Assembly: GCA_965644295.1 (NCBI GenBank)
Contig: CBFFRP010000147.1
Coordinates: 82,631-146,630, forward strand
From: Paraphysomonas bandaiensis
Taxonomy: Eukaryota; Protista; Chrysophyceae
Length of the DNA stretch: 64,000 nt
Direction of reading: 5' to 3'
Shown here: positions 55,592 through 64,000 of the stretch, piece after piece
How the letters are laid out: each line of letters begins with the position of its first letter
Position numbering within the stretch: position 1 is the stretch's first letter
Notes under the pieces: generated by a model
What the model was told of the DNA's origin: nothing
Databases searched by the model: none
Seen by the model: only the letters and a program-made list of their open reading frames with translations
Position numbers and translations under genes: made by a program

Positions 55592-58500
55592 ATGGGCCTG
55601 GATACTGTGCGTGCAGGTGAAGCTGTAGAGGATCTCTCCGGTGTCGTAGTGAACCGATTTAATTCACGTACTCTTGAAGGGGAAGTCCACAGTGACTTCA
55701 ATGATCAGGGACCGCATGCAGCTCATAGGAAGAAAGTATTCAATATTGTTATTAAAGAACATGAAGGTCAGTCTATCACTATCATCCTCCTATGAGTGTA
55801 TGAGTGTGACATATGGCTGGATAGGACCACATGAGATGATGATATACTTCTATGACTTATGGGCTGATAAATGTGATTTCATTCGACCGGGAGACAAGAT
55901 ACACATATCTGGTGGAGCGGATATGGTTCATGAGGCGACTGGTGACACAGATAATCATCTGTGTATCGTGTATTCCCCTGAGCTCGTAGACTGTCAGGTT
56001 CTATGGAGATACACATACATGCGACAGTCTCATATATAAACAGATTAAAATAAAGAGCGTTAATATCGATAATGATTTACGAGAGATTTGTATCACTTCA
56101 GACACACTGTCTGGGATTAACATTCCTATGATTAACTGGCGGGTTGTAGAGGCCAAGCTAGACGTATGTGTATTTGTGTATGTGTGTGCATCTGTGTATG
56201 TGTATCTCTCTGTGTGTCTGTATGTATATCTCTGTATGTGTATCTCTGTATGTGTGTGTATCTGTGTATGTATGCGGCCATAGCGACTGACATATATATG
56301 TGATTAACATATCATATGCAGAAAAAGCGGAAACGTCAAGAAATAAAGCGTGTAAAGTGAGGTGATATGGTCAATACTGACTTGTCTTATGTGCTGTGTT
56401 TAGAGAGGGGGCGTTTCGCTCTTTCGGAACTTCGGAGGGCGGCACTGCTGGGTCAGTTGTGTACACCCCGCTCTCATCCCTGTCCCCATTCATTGACACT
56501 CCTGAAATGATTAACATATACGGGGTAGGTGAACTTTCAATATACATTTGTATGCACCATGGCGCATCCCTCTTTATGCAATGTATATGACAACTATATA
56601 TTCCATATGAGCAGCACTTACATATTCGACAGGTCATTCACTCCTACCACCATCCGAAGCCTTGTCGAGGTACTCACGATTTCTCTGTAACATGTTCACT
56701 CGTGAGCCCTGATACTAGCAATGGTCCCGTCGCAGTGGTGCTATTTGCCAACGACATTCAAGCCTTTCCACACATAAAGTGTGTGGGAGATATCATTCGA
56801 CTGCAACGGGTTAAGGTTCAGCGGTATCAGGATCGCCCTCAAGTTTTGGGATGGCATAATAGGTCGTCATATATCCTTTTCCACCGCAGGACCGAACCCT
56901 TCTCTGGCCTCCCAGCTCCCGTTGAAGAAGGGACTCAAGAACTCGAAGCTGAATGGGATGTGATGGCTTCCGGTGCGAGCTATACCTTTGATACCAATTC
57001 TGAATTGTCTCACTTAAGGAATCTTTGGAAGTGGGGCGCCTGGTTCTTCTCTCCGCATAGCTACACGTCTTCTCCACCCGCAGGTGGAGCGACGGCGGAA
57101 CCCTCTAATGAAATCAAACTCAGTACGCTACGAGAGATGCGAGAAGTATCAGTCGCTGCCGATTCGGCTGCTTGTAATGATGGGCATAAACAGACCGGTT
57201 TCGTACCAGTAGATTTGGATGGTGTAGTGCTGTTGCTAGGTGTATTATATCCGGGGACAGCCTTCCCTATATATCTGATTGTTTGGGATGGGTCATGCCA
57301 AGGTAATCTGCTAGGTCAGGGTTCGCAACGTGTAGAAAGTAATGACATTGAGTTGGATTCAGCAACGTTTGCCGAGGTGGAAAGTGTCATATCCCATTGT
57401 CAGAACTACTGTGACAGCTTTGGAAGGAACCCTTCGGTCGACGAACAGTCTATTCTTGAATTTCTTCGGTCAGCAGTATCCACTGGTAGTAGTAGCAGTC
57501 GAGTTGTGTGTGGAGGGTATGGTGTTGTATATGTGCCACGAACTGCGGAGCTGGCAGTCGTATCTGCTGCCAGAGCACTCGTTCCTGGTACCTGGGTTAG
57601 AATGAAGAGGTTTTTGTCGGGATCTGCTAATGCTGTTCCAGTAAACGGCTCTCCGCGGTTGAGTGGCAACGATTATGTTAGTAACGGCATTCCGGTGCAG
57701 ACCGTAGCAAATAAAATCTGCGCGACAGCAACGATGTCAAGTGCTTTTAATATCCTTCCTCCTTACCACAGGTATATTAATCGCATGATGCATTGTTCGT
57801 TGCATCGTAATTTATTGATTGTTAGAGACGTGATGGGAGTGATGCGCTCTTACGACCAGTTCATTAAGACTTGCCAGGCTGCCAGTAACATGCCACGTCC
57901 TTTGCCGCGTCGACTCAGATCATCTACAGGGGAATCTTACACGCCTTTGGTATGCACGTCACAATCCTTGTGCCAAGTTTTTGTGTTGTCTGCTATAATC
58001 GTATTATTTTTGTAAGAGCACATGTGACCATTTTTATCAGGCTCTCTGTCTTGCAACTCCTGCGCCGAACAAATTTCTTGCACTAGCCAAAATTACCAGC
58101 TTTCATCCAGACTCTGTTGACAAGTATTGTTGTGGATGTACTCAGTGGTTGCACTGACACTATTTTGTGTAGGTTCGTGGTAGATGTAGGAACAGGGTTA
58201 CCCCCGGTAAACGAAACAGAATCATTCGAAAGTACGACGCCTATCAGTAGGAGTAAACTAGTGTACATGTTCTCCCTTCGTATAGAAGACGACACTGCAT
58301 CTGCTGATGCTATAGTGTACGGCAAGGTGAGAACTACTTGTTGAGCCGCATGGTGTGAATGTTGATTTTCAATAACACAGCAAGGGGAGGTGTTATTCAA
58401 CGGCATAACGGCTGATGCTTTCTACCAAGACCTCCGCTTGAGACAACAGCTCAAGCAGTATCTAGATAAAGTTACGAGAGAGGGTCCAGTATTTGAGATG

Positions 58501-58650
58501 AATTTGGTTACCTATATAAGCCAGGGACACATAGCTGGAGAAGAAGACCCTAGGTACACACACCTCATGTATCATACGTCAAAGTAATTTGTTTTCAGGT
58601 CAAGTTTGAAAAGAATTGCAATCATTAATTCTACGATATTACCATTGTAA
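55592..58650 (+). CDS. POT1: Protection of telomeres 1 (POT1/TEBP-alpha)-like OB-fold protein, multi-exon
   Basis: INIYGV|..PKPCRGTHDF..VVLFA..FPHIKCVGDIIRLQRVKVQRY (OB1), and C-terminal YMFSLRIEDDTAS..VYG..LF.GI. The 5' exon linkage is less certain. Confidence 0.8.
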
Positions 58651-59589
58651 TGGCATTAATGATTGATGAATATTTGTGTCGTGAGTGTCTTGAAGGTTTT
58701 TAGCACTTTGGTATTGTAAAAATAAGCCATCTATATGCATGTTTTATGCCCTAATGATTCACTAAGGCTTTTTGGCAATTGCAACTCAATTTGAATGACG
58801 TAATTGAATTAAATTGGCATTATAAGAGATCTAAAAAATAAGAGATCTAAAAAATAATCACTCGAATAGGTAGGCTCAAAAGGTATTTCGTTTTAATATT
58901 TCATAGTATATTAGAATACTACTATTCATTATTAGAATATGGATCTTATTCTAGTATATTCAGTATGTCACTTCAAGACAATGTACGAGAACACAGTGAA
59001 ATATAGTGATGTACAATTGATGTGATGATATTGAGAAACTGAAATAGTTTGATCGTTCAAGATATGTTCAGTAACGAGAGGTTCGCATATGTAGGATATT
59101 ATGCAGGGATTATAATGAGTTAGTGTTGGTTATCACAACTTCGTGTAAACGATATTAATAAATCTATCTAGTCTTACGACAAATTCTCTCTGTGATCTAG
59201 TGTAAAATGAGCGTTTCTCAATATTCATTGGAGTATTGGGTTTTGAATATTTTGTTGGTTTAGCAGGGAGCGTGTGTCTCAAAGTATCTTTATGAAGATT
59301 TCCGTGGCCTAGATGCAACGATTTTACTTCGGATTCTACATCCGTTTATCCTATAATAATATGGTTAAATTTAGGTCCAATAATAGACAACAGTCCCGAT
59401 AGTCAAAATATTTTCTTGGTGTACTCTAGTGTGTGTGCTGTTTGAGAGCAATAATAAAAGATGTAGCTCTAAGGTATTTAAATTATGACCGTAAGTGATT
59501 AACTATACCACATGAACTACTATCGATAATAATCATTAATCATTACTATTATTATGATAGGAATATAGGAATATAATAATACAAAGTGA

Positions 59590-59880
59590 CAAAAGTAAGA
59601 AACGCTGAGCCAGAAAGAAGTTACGGCGGCAGCTTGACACCCAATATCGTTCGACCAAGCACATATATAGTACAACAACGTTGTGGAGCGTTTGTTCATT
59701 AGAGCCAAAGTTATCATGACACATTTGCGACAAGGAATGACCCCACAACGCCTCGAACTGCTGCTGTTCCTTCGATTCAACAACTTGATACACTTGTGGA
59801 CCGCAAAGACAGTGCAAACAGGTCATCGATGATGGACTGTCCGATCATAAGAATGAGGACGACAGTGACAAAGAGTTGGT
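59590..59880 (+). pseudogene. Decayed hAT transposase C-terminal dimerisation domain
   Basis: YRSTKHI..NNVVERLFIRAKVIMTHLRQGMTPQRLELLLFLRFN, with frameshifts. Confidence 0.75.
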
Positions 59881-60358
59881 TCACTTAGAGTACTCTAGTA
59901 ATGTTGTAAACTCTACTAATAGCTAGTTTCTACCGATCGAGCTCATTTCTTCTTCTTAGCGTCCACTATATATCAATATATTATATTGCAATTATATATA
60001 CTGCAACATATTTAATAACCGTCCCGTAATTGCACCAGCTTGACATATATGCTCACTTTCACAATGTCATGTTATACAACTTAGCATGATGGCAGAACCA
60101 AACCAGCATGATAGCAAGAGTTGCCAGATAGAAGTAAGTAGCAGTCAATCTATTTGAAGTCCCACTTATTATTGCTGGTATCTTACTGTACAAAAAAGAT
60201 CTTTATATGCTACAGAAGAGCTTACTAGCATTTCTTTAGAGTTCGATATTGCGGACACAAATCAACAAATTGAATGAATTATTATGATAATAATATATAT
60301 CGCAACAAAAAAATGCTTTTCTATTATATTATCACAACACGCATGCAACACCTGTAGT

Positions 60359-60861
60359 CTTATTATTAGCAATAGGCGTTAAAAACCTGCACCAACTTAG
60401 TAGCTAGATGAATGCTAGACAAACTAGTTAGACCTCTACCTGTAACTGATCAGTACACACTTTTTTTATCCTACTATTTAACGCTACGGAAGCTGCTTGT
60501 GCGTCGCCGCAAGCACCAAGGTGCGACCACTTCCGCTCTGAGTTCTTAATGTGAAAATCCCGGATGCTTGACTTCAGCAGGCAGCCCAATACCCCGGTTA
60601 CCCTTCAGGTGGGCCCTGTCCTGGATGCCCTTGAGGTGGGCCCATTCCCTGATGATGCCTGTTTATTCGTCAGGGCCCAAAGACGTCTACACAAGTGACA
60701 CTAATTGGTGTCCCTTGTACCACACAAGCATTCGGCTATGCGTGGGCAGAAGAATATCTGCTGACTATGTTTGCGGCTCACGTTAGTTTCCCAGAGAGAA
60801 TCTCTCCGGTACTTATCCCCCAGAACACCACCAAAAGGTGCGAGTCCGACTTTGTTGAGGG
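60359..60861 (-). mobile_element. Second copy of the SINE-like family (about 500 bp)
   Basis: 60360-60540 is highly similar to LINE 3' UTR 31630-31805. 60561-60842 matches 24616-24854. Possible 6-bp TSD TGTAGT (weak). Confidence 0.75.
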
Positions 60862-61034
60862 TGTAGTTTGTATTAATACAATTCTGATGTTGAAAATGAT
60901 TATAATATCATGAATAATGCTTCATAATAAACACTTTCGAACAAACCTATATAGTAATTTTGAATCTTTAACTGGCTACAAGTCGTTTGTACCGCTATGA
61001 TTTGTATAATAACTAGTATACACACATCAATTAC

Positions 61035-61200
61035 TATACTCAATGCGGCCCTGACATGGGACAAACCTTTCAGCATTGGCAGGAACCGGGCCAACACAAA
61101 ACATGGCCTAGATCTGAATAAAGCCACATGCTCCGACTGTGGTTTTCGACTTGACTCTCTCAAGCATATGTATATCGATTGTTCAACGACTCCATCTCAC
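61035..61200 (+). pseudogene. Fragment of the same LINE ORF (zinc-knuckle region)
   Basis: ILNAALTWDKPFSIGRNRANTKHGLDLNKATCSDCGFRLDSLKHM versus ILNTALTWDKSFCIGRNRAKTKQGLDLTKAACSDCGFRLDSLKHM at about 32600-32740. Confidence 0.88.
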
Positions 61201-61646
61201 ACGACTCCAATTTTCAATTATACCTTGCCAGTGTGAAATTAACAGTACTCTTTTTATCAATTAATTTCAAGTTGAAGCACGTTGGGGTCAATTATAATTT
61301 TGCAATTATGATTTACTGTTCCAATTTCAATTATTGTAAATTCATGGCTAGTCTTGCACGCTATGTACGAAGTCGAATACACGTAGATAGTAAATAGCTA
61401 TACCCATCCATTATACTTACCAACTTTGATAAACTTAAAACAACAGTAGCACTGAAATGTGCAATTAAACCTCAATTCTTGCATTACTGTCATTTCAGTA
61501 ATATTTCCGTACACATGCAGAACTCAAATCATCTGGGAAATAACATTGTATACGAGAATATAATATTCACGGCACAGATATCGCACTTCCTGCAATATCT
61601 AAAGAACGGCTACTGAGAATCTACATTGACATATGTCGATTAGAAT

Positions 61647-63008
61647 CTAAACAATTTCCATAACATCTACAACCGCTGTTCCACTGGTATTCTCAATAAA
61701 CAGTGGATCAACTGGCCCTAGAGGGTTTTCGCTTTGGTACCGGGGTCGCATGAGTTCCATGTCCCCACTGATCCGAATTCCATGGTCCACATCCACAGGA
61801 GTGTCCTCATACCTCTCCATATGACCGGTGGCTGCACTATCCAACACAGTTCCGGGTGGAAGGAGAGCAGTCTTGAGGTCTGCGGTGGCCTGTTTAGACA
61901 GTACCCCATTTTTCCAATACACCCCATTATCACGAGGGCGCTTTCTTCCCATCTGAAGATCTCCAGCGGAATTTATGACACTGAGCGTATCGCTGTTGCC
62001 GCTAATAGTCGATCGGCTCCTGCGGTCTAGCTGAACTTCTGAGTCAATGCGCCGAATTCGCGCCAATCGATCAAAGTACCTCCAGATATTAGCAGCCGGA
62101 GATGATATCGTGGCACCCAGAAAGAAAAAAGAGCCAACAACGAAAAGTGTAACTGAAAAAGGGTCGTAAAGTTCTGGCAGATATAGTATACTGCCCACTA
62201 GAAACAAGCAAGATCCGCCAATGTACAATGAAGCCACAATACATTCTATCACATAGCTCAGGAAGCTGATCTGAACCTTTCCTCGTAATTGATGGGCCCG
62301 ATGCATATCATAAAGAGGAGCTACGATGAATATGAAAGATCCGATTATAAATAGACTAACACCAGACAATCCAAAACCATTCTCCTCAATAATAGGAACA
62401 AAAAATATAGACCCAATCACAAACATGAAATTTGCAACTAAGTAAAGCGTTGCGTTTATCGTGAGGGCAATGTCCTGGCATGACATTGCATCATTCTTAT
62501 AGAAGTTAACACACGAGCCAACAAAAAAGAGGAAACTCCCCAAAGTAAAGAGCACAGCACCATACATGGGACATGCATACGATCCACAGGACTCTTCATA
62601 CTTCGGATAAAAACAATAGGAGCCAATGATAAACATGACTCCTCCTACATTCCCAGCGATCTCTGAGATTAGAGTTAATATGTATTTCAAGACCGGGTCG
62701 ACAGCCCTCTGATTAATAAGAGGAGGCAGATTGCGGTTACCAAATAAGATATCAACCGGCTGCTGAGACCACTTAAACCCCAAATGAGATGAATATCCCT
62801 CTGAGGGAGATGGATGAGACACTGGGAGATAGATCTGATACTTGGACATCACTCGACGGAGTCTGTTTTGTCGTCTGAGTTTATCGAGGTGTCTCTTGTC
62901 TCTGTTTGATAGCTTATGAGTCTCTATGAGAGGGGCATCTAACTCACAGTACTGGAGATAGTCGGGGGATATGATGGGGTTGAGAGTGTTTGTTATGGTG
63001 TGTTTCAT
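61647..63008 (-). CDS. Intronless multipass membrane protein with YrhK-like repeats
   Basis: 453-aa ORF with six TM segments of pattern G..[LM]F..GS..F (GGVMFIIGSYCF, GSFLFFVGS, FVIGSIFF, FIIGSFIF, FLVGSILY, FVVGSFFF). Confidence 0.7.
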   Translation of the reverse strand: MKHTITNTLNPIISPDYLQYCELDAPLIETHKLSNRDKRHLDKLRRQNRLRRVMSKYQIYLPVSHPSPSEGYSSHLGFKWSQQPVDILFGNRNLPPLINQRAVDPVLKYILTLISEIAGNVGGVMFIIGSYCFYPKYEESCGSYACPMYGAVLFTLGSFLFFVGSCVNFYKNDAMSCQDIALTINATLYLVANFMFVIGSIFFVPIIEENGFGLSGVSLFIIGSFIFIVAPLYDMHRAHQLRGKVQISFLSYVIECIVASLYIGGSCLFLVGSILYLPELYDPFSVTLFVVGSFFFLGATISSPAANIWRYFDRLARIRRIDSEVQLDRRSRSTISGNSDTLSVINSAGDLQMGRKRPRDNGVYWKNGVLSKQATADLKTALLPPGTVLDSAATGHMERYEDTPVDVDHGIRISGDMELMRPRYQSENPLGPVDPLFIENTSGTAVVDVMEIV

Positions 63009-63744
63009 TTGGATTTATAGTGGAGATATATGCTCACGGAATGTGTTTAGTTAACTATGAGATAGTGTGTATGTGCCTGTATGTGAGCCTGAGGTGCTGC
63101 CTGCTGCACTGCATGTACAGTATGGACATGTACACAGTACACAGCAGTATAGTAACTGTATGCTGTATATTGACTTCATAGCAATTGGATGACGCCCTCA
63201 TACGAACACTTCGCACACTTCTATAGTATCCACAGTATTACAGAATACCAAACTGTATATGTAGAATACAGAACAACCAAAATATGTGGTGGTTAACTAC
63301 TGCAGCATCAGTCCAATTCAAAATTTCAAAGATATTGCACTAGATTTCCCTAATTTCGCGAAGAATTAGAAATTTCCAGATAACAACAGAACGAAAATAC
63401 TTCATTTTGTTGAAATATTCCCATCGAGTGCTGGTTTTTGTGCAGAGGGATTTCTACTGTATGCACACGTGTATTGTATGTATATGTAGTGTACGTATGG
63501 TAGTTAAGTTCTTGTGGTGTCGTTGAAGAAACTGCAGAGTGTACAGTACAGTGCACTACTGGGGATGATGTGTATGGAACATAAGGAACTGAACGTGCCA
63601 GTCGTCACCTGTACATAATACTATACTGGAAAATGGGTTTGTTGGTTGCACAGAAATGTGAATTTCGTCAGAGGTGTCAAATATGTTTTACATTCATAGT
63701 AGAACATACACAGACATATAAAGAGGAAACTAACAGTAAAGTAA

Positions 63745-64000
63745 ATGCAGTCGATGAAGTTGGGAAATATTTCGATAGGGAGGACACATGAATCTCTGCT
63801 GTTGGGAGATGGCCCGTGGGGAGATAGTAGTGATGATGATGACGATATCACTCTGGTGTTTGATGACAACGCACCAGTCTCCTCCTTGTTCATAACCACA
63901 GAGACTCGTAAGAAGAAAAGAGTCACTTTTCAATTGCCGCCAGAAGACAAGAGTTCAGTTATTGGAAAGAAACGGGCACACTGCGAGGGAGGTGATGGAG
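63745..64000 (+). CDS. Partial ORF running off the window (acidic patch, KKKRVTF motif)
   Basis: ATG at 63745 opens a stop-free frame to the end of the window, head-to-head with the 63008 gene. Confidence 0.5.
   Translation, partial: MQSMKLGNISIGRTHESLLLGDGPWGDSSDDDDDITLVFDDNAPVSSLFITTETRKKKRVTFQLPPEDKSSVIGKKRAHCEGGDG

Noticed and set aside
29894-58650. EED, MSH6 and POT1 as a genome-maintenance gene cluster
   Set aside because: Separated by unrelated genes and TEs, with no evidence of functional clustering.
58820-58857. 16-bp tandem duplication TAAGAGATCTAAAAAA
   Set aside because: Ordinary slippage duplication with no associated structure.
60645-60690. CTGATGA / CTGACGA as a hammerhead ribozyme core
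   Set aside because: No correctly placed GAAA after a stem II, and the motif is not preserved in the 24.7-kb copy.

Overview
Intron-rich eukaryotic nuclear DNA with short, roughly 45-120 nt introns. A stramenopile-like protist is plausible, but that taxonomy is only an inference. About 17 host genes: AP-3 sigma, an OSCA/TMC-like channel with polyQ and two WW domains, PP1, a FAAH-like amidase, a cyclic-nucleotide PDE, an M32 carboxypeptidase, a GT34 + glycoside-hydrolase beta-propeller fusion, a tandem ATP-grasp ligase, EED/ESC, a secreted Cys-rich protein, MSH6, an ELAV-like RRM protein, an ER-type aldo-keto reductase, a sulfotransferase, POT1, a YrhK-like membrane protein and a partial ORF at the right edge. 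Fourteen of these form head-to-head pairs about 0.5-0.75 kb apart across TATG/CATA-rich spacers. Mobile elements with ends resolved by eye: (1) an apparently intact, intron-containing pogo/Fot1-type DD35D transposon inserted at TA in a promoter microsatellite; (2) a Ty1/copia element with near-identical LTRs but a selectively destroyed RT; (3) a 5'-truncated RNase H-bearing LINE with a 14-bp TSD, plus a short non-coding family sharing its 3' tail; (4) a non-autonomous hAT with an 8-bp TSD and related remnants; (5) a 117-bp MITE. All exon structures are manual readings and no database searches were run.
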